The translations under genes and the position numbers were made by a program. From Squalus acanthias (lineage: Eukaryota): a stretch of 64,000 bases of DNA. The stretch is from positions 20,276,001 to 20,340,000 of the forward strand of contig CM059432.1 in NCBI GenBank assembly GCA_030390025.1, written 5' to 3'. The stretch's first letter is position 1. Every line of letters begins with the position of its first letter. The notes beneath the pieces were generated by a model. The model had not been told where the DNA came from, made no database searches, and was given only the letters and a program-made list of their open reading frames with translations. This document shows, in pieces, positions 38,056 to 50,528 of the stretch.

Positions 38056-38620
38056 GTCTTCTTCTTAGGCAGTCCCTCGGAACCGAGGATGACTTGCTTC
38101 CATATTAAAAATGAGTTCTCAGGTGACTGATGAGTCCAATGCGGGACCTACAGTCTCTGTCACAGGTGGGGCAGACGGTGGTTGAAGGGGCGGGTGGGTG
38201 GGGTGCTTGGGTTGACGTGCGCTCCTTCCGCTGTTTGCGCTTGGCTTCCGCTTGCTCCCGGCGAAGAGACTCGAGGTGTTCGGCACCTTCTCCTTCTCCT
38301 CCACTTTGTACGGTCTTGGGCCAAGGATTGCCAGGTGTCGGTGGGGATGTTGCACTTTTTCAAGGAGGCTTTGAGGGTGTCCTTGAAGCGTTTCCTCTGC
38401 CCACCTGGGGCTCTCTTGCCGTGTCGGAGCTCCGAGTAGAGCGCTTGTTTTGGGAGTCTCGTGTCGGGCACGCGGACGATGTGACCCGTCCATCGGAGCT
38501 GATCGAGCGTGGTCAAAGCTTCGATGCTGGCCTGAGCGAGAAGACTGGCGTTGGTGCGCCTATCCTGCCAATGGATTTGCAGGATCTTGCGGAGGCAGCG
38601 TTGGTGGTACGTCTCGAGTA
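38056..38620 (-). mobile_element. RTE (BovB-like) LINE 3' fragment
   Basis: LETYHQRCLRKILQIHWQDRRTN...QLRWTGHIVRVPDTRLPKQALYSEL; (gaa)n tail. Confidence 0.92.
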
Positions 38621-38639
38621 GGCCCTTATGAAGTAGGCT

Positions 38640-40450
38640 TTTCGCCACCAGATTAGGGGTGCTACTGCCCAGCTGCTCCAGAGGAAAACTGACCGCTGTG
38701 GAGATGACCAGGCCATTTTACAGCTGCTGAAGGAAGTAAAGCACAGGAGGCCGTGGCACGCAGGACATGGCACGAGGTGGCGGAGGCCAAAGAGGACCAG
38801 CGTCATGCCAAGGACATGTGTGCCATGCCGAAAGAAGTGTACTGACCTCACCCGGAGGGGGAAGAGTGTAAACCTTTACACAAATAGCTTGTGAGCTACG
38901 TGGCAACTACCTCGTGCTTCCAAACACTTGAGATAATGAGCGAGCTAAAACAGCATTATGTAATGATGGTACAGTCTCGTGCACAATAAGGATTGACTCA
39001 TTAGTCACAAGTATCGCTCATTCCACACAAGTACGCTCAAGGATCTGATGCATGAAAGATCAGCGAAGCAGCACTCCCTTCACAGTAACTGCAATGATTT
39101 CCGAATGCAAAGGGAAAAGATGTTGTCGAAGGTCATGATACAGGGTCGTGAAAGTCAATTGCATCACTGCAGGAGGAGGAAGTATTTAACAGATGACAGG
39201 CCACGCAGCTATTGGACGGAGACCTGCCACATTTTTGGAAGTCATCCCATTTGAGGAAAGGGCAATAGAGCTCCAAAATATGAAACTTGAGAGAGGTGGC
39301 AAAAGGTTAGCATGTCCCCACTGAAGGTTTGTTGTTCTCTTCTATTCATTCCCTCCCTCCCAGTCCTGGTCAAAGTGTCTGAAAATCTCATCAATCTGGG
39401 CCTCCCCCCGCAGATGAAGCCCATTAGTACGCATTCACTGAAGTATTAATTTGCCCTTATGTTGGTCCCTCTTTACATCTTCACAGGATTGGCAAAACAT
39501 TCAGAGGCTGGAACTTCCAGGGAATCTAAAAAAGAAACTCATCCAGCACTCTTCATAATTCCAAGATTTGGCATGCAGCAGCCCTGTTACATCCACTTGG
39601 AGAGATATAAAGAGAGTACGAGGAGAAAACTGAGGTGGAACCACTGAGCACTAAAGAGCAGGAACAGGAGGGAGAGACAGTCCCTCATTGGAGGATGAGG
39701 GCACCTTCTCCAGTAGCTGCACTGGCATGGAGTCCAAATCACCACAGCCCTGTATGCAAAACAAGAGTGCTTTCACGTAGACTGTTGCGGCCATTGGAGG
39801 ATATGTCTAGCAGCTTGCACACCATAGCAACAAGTGAGGAAGAGTCCACAAGCTGCATGTGTGAGGCGCCGATGCACAGTGCTGAAAGCATGCAGGCATC
39901 CTTGGAGTGAGTGGCAGCTCTGGCACCATCTGTTGTGCAGCTCCTTGTAAACTGAGGTCTTGCTACCCGTCTTGGGATCTATCCTGATTGTTCATGCTGT
40001 AATAAAGGCTCTCAGCTGCAGTCCGGCAGCCTCCCTGGAAAGGCTGCCGGAAGACATAGCGCATACATGGAGGGGAATCGTGTTCACCCTGCCAATTCTG
40101 TCATAGGCCCTGACAATCCACAGACCTACGGCCAGAGTGGGCAGGAGGAAGGGAAGGCTGGAACAGGTCTTCGATGTTGGTGCTCTCCAGTTTGGTTCCA
40201 CTTTCACAGCTATCAGTCTGCCCCTCCTCCATGACTGCAGACAGGGCCAAGCTACCCCTGCCACTGCAGCAGAAGCACTGCAGCATGAAGCTGCCCCATC
40301 TGGTGTGCGAGCTCACAGAGCTCGAGAGCCACCTCAGGTCCCAGATCCTGACCGTGACACACAGCTGCCATCCTCCTACCCGAGAGGAAGAACTTGGATG
40401 AAGCACAGAGCAAGTTAGCTGAGCACATAAACACCCGCTGTTAAAAAGGG
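38640..40450 (+). pseudogene. Second decayed Harbinger Myb/SANT-like gene remnant
   Basis: 38715-38865 gives AILQLLKEVKHRR...RTWHEVAEA...PRTCVPCRKKCTDLTRRGK (W..VA / R...CRKK..DL pattern); downstream GC-rich decayed coding-like blocks; right boundary uncertain. Confidence 0.55.
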
Positions 40451-41559
40451 AAAGCATTGCGATGAGCCCCCTCTTCTTTTCCTAATCTCACCCACCTTAC
40501 AAAGGGGCATGATTCTCTTCCAGTTTTTAGTTCTGAAGAAGGGTCTTGTACCCTTCCAGCATTTTCAGTTTTTTTATTGCAGAGGCAGGATGGCTTTGCT
40601 TAGAATCTTAGTTTTACCATTTCATTTTTTGCGTGTGTTTCGAGGTGAAGAGAGCATTACAGAGGTTAATTCCTACATAACATGTACAGCAGAGTGTAAT
40701 TGGAGATGTCAAGCATACAATAGCCTCAATATCAGCCTCAACAAAATATACAGTAAGCATATAGCATGTTATGCACTGTTAGGGCCAGTTGCAAATGTCT
40801 GGAGGTAGCAGGTGCATTTATTCATTTTCTTATATATAATAATTTGAGAATGGCACCTTGGAGAGTTTACAACTACTCAGATTGCCTCTCACATTACACT
40901 GAATAGGCACGCACCATGCTGTGACTGAGAATAAAGATAACCATTTACTAAAAATACTATCTCTTTGGGGAAAGCATGAAATGGGCAATGTGTCTTCGAA
41001 AAGCATCAGCACAATTTCGTCAGGTATAGTAAACCCAATGATTGCTGAAATCACATCAGACAAGCTCTGCAAAAAAAGGATCTAGTTGGGGTCAGCAGAA
41101 AAATACCTACAAAAGCATGCCTTCATTTCGCTTGCACCACCGACATTCATCAGATGTTGACTGCTGTATAATTTTCTGCCTCGCCACGATCCAGTGTCCC
41201 GATTTTGTTTTCGTAAACTCAAGTTTGCACAACCAGAGAAACCAACTGGTACCCTCCCTCCAGGAACAAATCTAATGTTGTGAGCGGAATATGGTAATGA
41301 CACTGAGTAGTATAAACGCACCAACACTCAGTGCATTCCTATCAAATTCTTTTGCCCTGTATTTTAACAGGAGGTGGTAAAGTGAACAGGTTAATGCTGT
41401 GGTTAAATTGGTTGGCAAAAGGAGGCGATATTACTGTGCTAACTGAACGACAATAACGCAATGGTAATATTCAGGCCAACATTCCTCGGCTCCTTTTACC
41501 AGGTTGATTATGAATATCTGCCAAAATATTACCCAAATAGGGATATATTCTGGAGGCCA

Positions 41560-42015
41560 GGCCTCAATGACAAGAGAGATTGAGTAGATGGGGCCTATAC
41601 TCTCTAGAGTTTAGAAGAATGAGAGGCGATCTCACTGAAACATAAGATTCTGAGGGGGACTGACAGGGGAGATGCGGAGAGGTTGTTTCCCTTGGCTGGA
41701 GAGTCTAGAACTAGGGGGCATAGTTTCAGGATAAGGGGCCAGCCTTTTAAGACTGAGATGAGGAGGAATTTCTTCACTCAGAGGGTTGTCAATCTTTGGA
41801 ATTCTCTGCCCCAAAGTGCTGTGGATGTTCAGTCGTTAATTATATTCAAGGCTGAGACAGATAGATTTTTGGACTCCAGAGGAATTAAGGGCTATGGGAA
41901 TAGGGCAGGAAAGTGGAGTTGAGGTCGAAGATCATCCATGATCTTATTGAATGGCGGAGCAGGCTCGAGGGGCCGTATGGCCTACTCCTGCTCCTAATTC
42001 TTATGTTCTTATGTT
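41560..42015 (+). mobile_element. CR1 3' portion
   Basis: FPLAGESRTRGHSFRIRGQPFKTEMRRNFFTQRVVNLWNSLP; ttcttatgttcttatg tail. Confidence 0.92.
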
Positions 42016-42674
42016 TACTTCCAAGAAAAGCACAATTCTTACAATATTTGTAAATCATCATCGGAATCATCCTGGATCTAAAATTCCTGTTCGAGCTAAG
42101 AGCACCTAAATTGGATGGGCCAAAGATTATGGTAATACTCTGCACTTTCCATTCTTTGAAAATGACTGTCTGATTATTAATTTGGAATGAGGAATTGTGG
42201 TTTGGTGATTCTCAAGCTGAAATGAAGCAATCAAAATTGCAAATCCTTTTGATTTGCCTAGAGTCTTCTTTCACAGCAGAGAAAATGATTTGATCCAAAC
42301 CGTTTAAAAAATGAATATTTCAGGCATGAGGTGCTGGGCAAGATAGTCTCCCCCCTCCAACAGCAGTCACAAAGGAAAGGAGGCCGTCCATTTTGTGGAG
42401 CCATTGTACCGCTGCCAGCTCCTGTAGCTTTGTGAAAATAATGTAGATTAGGCAAACCCTGGCCTCCACACTCCAAATGGAATCAGTTCACTATGTTCAT
42501 GTGGGTAGCTAAATAGGTTAAAGATATTAAACTATATCAGGAGATACAACAGTTGTATCATACAAATGAAGTAGTTCATATTTGGGGAGGCCGGGGTAAT
42601 ATTTATTCATAATAACAACAGAAAACACTGGAAAAACTCAGCAGGCCAGGCAGCATCCGTGGAGAGAGAAACAG

Positions 42675-42711
42675 AGTTAACGTTTCAGGTCGAAGACCTT
42701 TCGTCAGAACT
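42675..42711 (-). ncRNA. Minimal type I hammerhead ribozyme motif (left arm)
   Basis: Exact reverse complement of 43000-43036. Confidence 0.75.
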
Positions 42712-42999
42712 GGCAGGAAATTCTGGTAAAAGGGAGAGGGGATGAAAGAACAAAAGGCAAGGTCAGTGGTGGGATAGAAAGCAGGAGAGATTAAGATAAT
42801 CAAGGCAAGAGGAGGTGGTAATGTGACAGGTAGAGGCTAGATGAAGTGTGAAGCGCAGTTCACACTTCATCTAGCCTCTACCTGTCACATTACCACCTCC
42901 TCTTGCCTTGATTATCTTAATCTCTCCTGCTTTCTATCCCACCACTGACCTTGCCTTTTGTTCTTTCATCCCCTCTCCCTTTTACCAGAATTTCCTGCC

Positions 43000-43036
43000 A
43001 GTTCTGACGAAAGGTCTTCGACCTGAAACGTTAACT
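43000..43036 (+). ncRNA. Minimal type I hammerhead ribozyme motif (right arm)
   Basis: agtt-CTGACGA-a-aggtc ttc gacct-GAAAC-GTT-aact. Confidence 0.78.
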
Positions 43037-43211
43037 CTGTTTCTCTCTCCACGGATGCTGCCTGGCCTGCTGAGTTTTTCCAGCGTTTTCTGTTGTTATT
43101 TCGGATTTCCAGCATCCACAGTATTTTGCTATAATATTTATTCATGTTACCCTTCTCTGCATAGTTGATACATGCAAGATGCATAGATTATAATAATTAA
43201 TGGCAAAAATG

Positions 43212-43395
43212 CATAGAATCATACAGCACACAAGGAGGCCATTCGGCCCATTGTGCCTCTTTGAAAGAGCTATCCAATTCGTCCCACTCCCCTGCTCTTT
43301 TCCCATAGCTCTGCAATTTTTTTTCCTTTTCAAGTATATATCCAATTCCCGTTTGAAAGTTACTATTCAATTTGCTTCCATCAGCCTTTTAGGCA
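43212..43395 (-). mobile_element. CR1 3' end (second subfamily)
   Basis: catagaatcatacagcacacaaggaggccattcggccc, same family as 5773. Confidence 0.8.
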
Positions 43396-44123
43396 GTTGC
43401 GATGCCCTATGTGGTTTAATAGCCTGCTGAAGGTCACGTATGAAGAATTTCCAATTGGAAAAGCTTATGGAGAATGTCCAGAATCCATCAAACTGTATCC
43501 CAGCAATAATCAGCACCTTGCAGGGAGGTGGGGGAGAAATAGAGGCAGAAGTTTTCAACCACCTCCGCATCAACTAATCCACTGAATCAGCTGTTAAAAT
43601 ACAACCAATGTTGGTCAGTAAATTTGTCTTGAAACTTCACATATAAATAGTCAATGTGTAGCATGTTAGATTTGCTGTTGGCCTTAACTGCCAAGTAATC
43701 CATGGGGAGTGCCAAAACTAAATTTTAGCTTGAAATAACATCAGATAGTGAACCCTTTTTAAAGACTGCAATTTTACCAGCAAAACATACTCATTTTACA
43801 CTGTCATATTATATGTGGATCGCTATCATTTAAAATCAAAAAGTTTCACAAATCCAGCAGCCCCAATTCCCAAGCAATGCTTATAGCTAAACTGATGCTT
43901 GCATCAATAGCCAATGTGTTCTTTCTGTTACAGCTCCCACATCAATGGCTTGAAGATCCTGGCCAGGAAACGGAACGATCGGTACTGTACGGGCAGCTGA
44001 TGTTGCAGGCCTCTGCCCTCCATTACCTGAGAATTTGAGATCTCATTTTCTTTGGTGATTTTTAAAATGTAGACATTTGCTTCCCTCAATACAAGCGCCT
44101 TTATCGTAGCAAAACATTAAATA

Positions 44124-44415
44124 GCAGCTGTCCTTCATTCTGCCAGTGCATTTCACACTTCTTTTAGCCTCAACCTGTCACATTAACACCTCCGCTTGCC
44201 TTGATCATCTCTTAATGTCTCGCAATGTCTCTAATCTCTCCTTTTGTTCTTTCACCCCCTCCCCCTTTTCCCAGCTTTATCCTTGCTTTAAATCTATTTC
44301 ATTTCCTGCTTTTTTCCAGTTCTGACAAAAGGTCTTCGACCTGAAACGTTAACTCTGTTTCTCTCTCCACGGATGCTGCCTGGCCTGCTGAGTTTTTCCA
44401 GCGTTTTCTGTTGTT
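44124..44415 (+). mobile_element. Penelope-like 3' fragment, hammerhead core mutated
   Basis: Homologous to 42859-43100; motif at 44318-44354 reads CTGACAA (G8 to A); probable TSD acattaaata at 44114-44123 and 44416-44425. Confidence 0.85.
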
Positions 44416-45727
44416 ACATTAAATAAATACAAATTGGAGGCAGAACGTGACAATGCATGTTGTGCTTGGCACATTGGAAGAAGCAGACTCAGTTGGGTCA
44501 ATGGCCTTTTTGATTCCACGCCCAGCCCACATTTGGTTCTAACAGTGTAATTCGCCCTTTCCGCAATCCATCCCGAAGAATTTTCCCAGTGAATGAAGAT
44601 TATATGGAGAGGCAATGGAAGTAGTAGTTTTTTTTTTAAGTGGGAAGAGGGTCAGAGGCTATCTGCAGCAAACCATCAGTTTGTATTGCAGAACTGCTTT
44701 CCGGTGGAAGGGGTTATGTAACATAGTAGGCATCCTGACATTCTGAATTTAACCGATTTACACCCCTGGGCAGACTGGCAGCGTCAGCAGTACAATTGGA
44801 ACAAAGTTTAAGCCTCCACATTTCCAGCCGTGGACGTTCCCTGAAAACAAAATGGCAGCTCTGGTATCCACGCTGCCTGCAAGAAGCATTTAGGTTTGCC
44901 ACCCTAAGTGCTTTACCTCCAAAGACAGAATGTGGAACTAACTCACAAGCTGATGTTCTGTGCCTCCAGGAGCGTGTTCTTTTACATTACAGTCCTGCCT
45001 CCAAAGACAGAGCTACAATGTTAATGAGGTATGACAGACTTATCAACCGAATGACAGGCTATAAAACAAAGGATAATCAACTACGACTACTGTACAATTA
45101 CACTTTAAAGTGTATTTATTTACAAAAAATGCACCATAAATTTTGGATTGTAATACATCATGGTGTAAAGTATGCACCTCATTTTGAATTCCGAATCTTC
45201 GCAAAATGTAGTACTACTGTATAATATGCCCCTACCTCTTGTTATTTTTGAAATGCTCTCGCCAGAATGACATTGTGGCAGAGATCTTAAGGTAGCTGAA
45301 GTTAGGTCGGTGGCTGGCAGCAGGGTCACTGAACACGAGTTCCAGCTGAACGAAGCTAATGAACAAGTTTTCCACTTCAAGCAGCTTAAATAAGTTTGCT
45401 TTCATCATTCTCAAATTCCCAAACAAATGGTTTTCACTTTAACACCTGTGTATCACATTTCTCTCCTCCTTTTGGGTAACTTTTCTGGGGAGATGGGAGG
45501 TGCATTTTAAATTTGAAGACATAGGCTTAGAAATTTGGCCGCACAGCGCTCGTTTTTCGGGCTGTAAATGACCTACGAAACTCACAATATGGCGTGCATT
45601 TCTGGCCAGAAGAACGCCGCCAGGCTTATTGGATAAGGTACATGTGCTGGTGGCAGGAGCACATGTCAGGAACATTTAAAGACCAGAATGATTTATTCAA
45701 ATTAGGATCCTGCCTCTCTTGCACAGG

Positions 45728-48370
45728 ATTACATAGGATATATGGCACAGAAACAGGCCATTCGCCCCAACCAGTCAATGCTGGCATTTATGCTCCACAC
45801 GAGCCTCCTCCCGTCTTTCCTCATCTAACTATCAGCATAACCCTCTATTCCCTTCTCCCTCATATACTTGTCCAGCCTCCCATTAAATGCATCTAAACTA
45901 TTCACCTCAACCACTCCCTGTAGTAGCGAGTTCTACATTCTCACCACTCTCTGGGTAAAGAAGTTTCTTCTGAAATCCCTATTTGATTTCTTGGTGACTA
46001 TCTTATATTGATGGCCTCAAGTTATGCTCTTCCACACAAATGGAAGCATTAGGCCAGAAATTCGGCTCCCTGGCTTCCCGCGGGTGCTTACATACCGCGC
46101 CTGCCGTTGTGCTTCGGGCCCGCGTGGAATTCGGCTCCTGGGCCTCCTCCAGCTGCCGGCGCGCAGTGCTTGCGTATCCCAGGGGCGCAGTTAGTTCGAA
46201 GCATCCCCTGGGATCATGTGGGCCATGGAAAGCCAATCGAAGCAGGGAATCTTCATTCATAGATTTGACAGGAAGACCTGTCAAATCTATGAATAGAGAT
46301 CGGCCCCAAATCCTCACTAAAACTTCAAATAAATTTAAAAAAAAACATCACATTTTTAAAATAACTATAAATTACATAAATTAACTAATTTAAACAAAAA
46401 TTTAAATTTTTGAAAAAAATTATTTTTTAACAGTGCTAAAAATAAACTTACCTTTCTTTAAAGTATGTAAAAAAGATAAACCTGTTGAAAAAATGTTTAA
46501 ATTGTACTTAATTCACCACTTACCTTGTTAAAAGCAGGCCTTGCGCTTCCTTTTTCCCCGCGTAGCTTCTCCGTACTTACCCTCACGGAGAAACCTGAAA
46601 AAAAAAACCGAAGTTCGAGGTTTACGTGCTGCCTCTCCGGCGCACACGTCGACCTCTGAACCCCTTCCTTCAGGGGAACGGAAGTTCCGGTTTCCAGCGC
46701 ATGCGCGAAACCGGCACTTTCATTGGGTCTACAGGTGAGTACCCAGCGCGTACTCACCCGTGGAGACCCGAATTTCTGGCCCATTCTCTCTGTATCCACT
46801 CTATCAAAACCTATCATAATTTTAAAGACCCCTATTAGGTCACCCCTCAGCCTTCTTTGTTCAAGCGAAAAGAAACCCAACCTGTTCATCCTTTCCTGAT
46901 AGGTATGCCCTCGCATTTCTGGTATCATCCTTGTAAATCTTCTCTGCACCCTCTCCAGTGCTTCTATATCCTTTTTATAATATGGCGACGCAGGATTCTA
47001 CGCAGTACTCCAAGTGTAGTCTAACCAAGGTTCGATATATGTTTTGCATTATCTTCAGTACGTTTCAATTCTATCCCTCTTGAAATAAATCCTAGTGCCT
47101 GGCTTGCTTTTTTTATGGCCTTGTTAACCTTTGTCGCTACTTTTAGTGATTTGTGTATTTGTACTCCACGATCCCTTTGCTCCCCTACCCCACCCAGACT
47201 CGCACCCTCCAAGTAATAAGTGACCTCCCTATTCTTCCTACCTAAATTTAATACCTCACATTTATCGGTGTTGAATTTAATTTGCCCATTATATGCCCAT
47301 TTGGCAAGTTTATTAATGTCTTCCTGTAATTTGTTGCAGTCCTCCTCAGTATTAACTATACCCCCAATTTGGCGTCATCCACAAATTTAGAAATTGTGTT
47401 TTTGATTTCAAAGTCTAAATCGTTAATATACAGTGGTCCCAGCCCTGATCTTGTGGAACACCACTACCCACCTTCTACCACTGTGAATAGCTACCCTTTA
47501 CCCCTACTCTCAGCTTTCTGACTTGAAACCATCCAGCAATCCATTCTGTTACTTGTCCCGACTCCGCATTCTCTGACATTATTCATTGGTCTATTATGTG
47601 GTACCTCATCGAAGACCTTTTGAAAATCTAGATAAATTACATCTACTGCATTACCCTTGTCTATTCTCTCTGTTACCTCTTCAAAAAATTCAATAAGGTT
47701 GGTCAAGCAAGACTTTCCCTTTTGAAATCCATGCTGACTATTCATTACTATATTTTTGGCTTCTAGATGTTCTTCTATTTTCACCTTTAGTCGGGATTCC
47801 ATTAATTTTCCTACCACCGATGTTAAGCTGACTGGTCTATAGTTCCCTGAACATGTTCTATCTCCCTTCTTAAATATCGGCATTACGTTAGCTATCCACC
47901 AGTCTTCTGGCACGACACCTTTTTCTAATGAATTATTAAATATGTGCAGTAATGCCTCTGCTATCTCTTTTAAAATGCGTGGTTTTTTTTTCCTCTTTGA
48001 GTTTGATTTGTTTATTTAATATATCTCCTCTTTTTATTTTAAATGCACTTAGCTCATTACTAATCTCATGATCCAATGTCATGTCCACCTGTTCCAACAC
48101 CGTGGTAAATACTGGGGCAAAGTAATTATTTAATATTTCTGCCATCTCTATCACTGCCTGTGGTATTATCCTATCCATCCCTTAGTAGTATCCTGTCCAT
48201 CCCTTGGTAGCCCTATTCCAATCCCGGCATTCCTTTTTTTAATTGATGTGCCTGTAAAATATTTTACTATTTTGTTTTATGTTCCTTGATAATTGAATTT
48301 CATAGTTCCTCTTTGCCTTCCTAATTGTTTTTTGTTGACTTCTCTAGTAATCTTTTCATATTTTCCCTTT
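45728..48370 (-). mobile_element. CR1 LINE ORF2, degenerate, interrupted by a MITE
   Basis: PEDWWIANVMPIFKKG..NYRPVSLTSVVGK...QHGFQKGKSCLTNLIEFFE...YLDFQK; C-terminus QRRFTRMIPEMRG. Confidence 0.92.
46051..46782. mobile_element. PIF/Harbinger-type MITE, 732 bp, nested in CR1
   Basis: TIRs ggccagaaattcgg / ccgaatttctggcc; 3-bp TSD att at 46048-46050 and 46783-46785; CR1 is contiguous once it is removed. Confidence 0.88.
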
Positions 48371-48724
48371 AGAGCTTCTTAATGCATTATTTGCATTATC
48401 AATAAATTCTAAAACTCTGATTGTTTCTCCTGTCAAGGAAGTTACATTGGTATAGATGTATGATTTTCTAGATACTCCACAATTACAAAATCTATGGAGT
48501 GTGAGCTCGTTGGGAGAGCCAATTCCTTTTTGAATTTCTTATGACAGTGTTTCACTCGCCACATGCTCAACTTCCACAGCAGAACATGAAGCTAACTTGT
48601 AGGAAGGTTCCCACACTGAGCTAAACATGGGAGCAGGGGTGCTCCTCCCGACAACACACTAAAAGAACGTGGACCATACCCTCCCTCTCCTACCACCTCC
48701 CCCTCAAGCCCGTTCATCCACCCT

Positions 48725-50528
48725 TCCCTTGCAGTCAGAAGCGGGGGAAGATATAATGGGGAACAAAGAAATGGCAGACCAATTAAATGCATATTTTGGT
48801 TCTGTCTTCACAAAGGAGGACACAAATAACCTCCCACAGATGTTGGAGAACATACGGTCTGATGAAAGGGAGGAACTGAAAGAAATCAGTATTTGCAGGG
48901 AAATGGTGTTAGGGAAATTGACGGGATTGAAGACCGATAAATCCCCAGGGCCTGATAATCTACATCCTAGGGTACTTAAGGAAGTGGCCCTAGAAATAGT
49001 AGATGCATTGCTGATCATCTTCCAACATTCGATGGAATCTGGAACTGTACCCATGGATTGGAGGGTAGCTAATGCTACCCCACTATTCAAAAAGGGTGTT
49101 AGAGAGAAAGTGGGGAATTACAGCCTGACATCGGTATTGGGGAAAATGCTAGAGTCCATTATAAAGGATGTAATAGCTGAGCACTTGAAAAACAGTGATA
49201 GGATCGAACAAAGTCAACATGGATTTACAAAAGGTAAATCGTGCTTGACTAATCTACTGGAATTTTTTGAGGATGTAACTGGGAAAATAGATAAGGGAGA
49301 ACCAGTAGATGTAGTGTATTTGGACTTTCAAAAGGCTTTCGATAAGGTCCCGCATAAGAGATTAGCGTGTAAAGTTAAGGCACATGGGATTGGGGGCAAG
49401 GTATTGACTTGGATAGAGAACTGGTTGGCGGACAGAAAGCAGAGAGTAGGAATTAATGGGTCTTTTTCCGAGTGGCAGGCAGTGACTAGTGGGGTACCGC
49501 AGGGTTCGGTCCTTGGACCCCAGCTATTTACAATATACATTAATGATCTAGATAAGGGAACTAAATGTAATATCTCCAAGTTTGCAGATGACACAAAGCT
49601 GGGTGGGCGTGTGTGCTGCGAGGAGGGTACCGAGAAACTCCAGGATGATTTGGAATGGTTGGGTGAGTGGGCAGAAGCGTGGCAGATGCAATATAACATG
49701 GATAAATGCGAGGTTATCCACTTTGGTGTCAAAAACAGAAAGGCAGACTATTATCTGAATGGCAATAGATTGGGAGAAGGGGAAGTGCAACGAGACCTGG
49801 GTGTCCTTGTGCACCAGTCGCTGAAGGTAAGCATGCAGGTGCAGCAGGCGGTGAAGAAGGCAAATGGTATGTTGGCCTTCATAGCGAAAGGGTTTGAGTA
49901 TAGGAACAGGGATGTCCTGCTGCAGTTGTACAGGGCCTTGGTGAGACCACACCTTGAGTACTGTGTGCAGTTTTGGTCGCCTTATCTGAGGAAGGATGTT
50001 CTTGCCATGGAATGAGTTCAGCGAAGATTCACAAGGCTGATACCTGGGATGGCAGGAATGACATATGAGGAGAGATTGGGTCGATTGGGCTTATACTCGC
50101 TGGAGTATAGAAGAATGAGAGGGGATCTCATCGAAACATATAAAATTCTGACAGGTCTGGACAAACTAGATGCAGGAAGAATGTTCCCGATGGTCGGAGA
50201 GTCCAGAACCAGGGGTCATAATCTAAGGATAAGGGGTAAGCCATTTAGGACAGAAATGAGGAAGAATTTCTTCACCCAGAGAGTGGTGAACCTGTGGAAT
50301 TCTCTACCACAGAAGGTAGTTGAGGCCAAGTCATTAAATATATTCAAGAATGCGTTAGATATATTTCTTAAAGCTAAAGGTATCAAGGGATATGGGGAGA
50401 AGTCAGGTACAGGGTACTGAGATTGGATGATCAGCCATGATCTCATCAAATGGCGGAGCAGGCTCGAGGGGCCGAATGGCCTACTCCTGCTCCTATCTTC
50501 TATGTTTCTATGTTTATGTTTCTATGTT
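48725..50528 (+). mobile_element. CR1 LINE, 5'-truncated, reverse transcriptase domain nearly intact
   Basis: ORF 48669-50015 with [39 protein letters not shown]; one premature stop at 50013, continuation 50049-50420; 3' UTR and (tttctatg)n tail. Confidence 0.97.

Larger units (their letters stand above)
42611..43131. mobile_element. Palindromic Penelope-like insertion (242-bp arms) with 14-bp TSD
   Basis: Arms 42611-42852 and 42859-43100 (1 mismatch seen), loop gcgcag, 31-bp 3' extension; TSD taatatttattcat at 42597-42610 and 43132-43145. Confidence 0.95.

Noticed and set aside
42611..43100. Palindrome read as a DNA-transposon MITE with long TIRs
   Set aside because: Arms are homologous to the 3' region of the GIY-YIG element at 56509, the ends are asymmetric, and the 14-bp TSD matches the other Penelope-like copies.
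44796..45224. 142-aa ORF in unique sequence
   Set aside because: Non-ATG start, no recognisable homology, no convincing splice sites.
48669..50015. 448-aa ORF as a host gene or active reverse transcriptase
   Set aside because: 5'-truncated CR1 with no endonuclease, a deletion in NYRPVSLTS and a premature stop.
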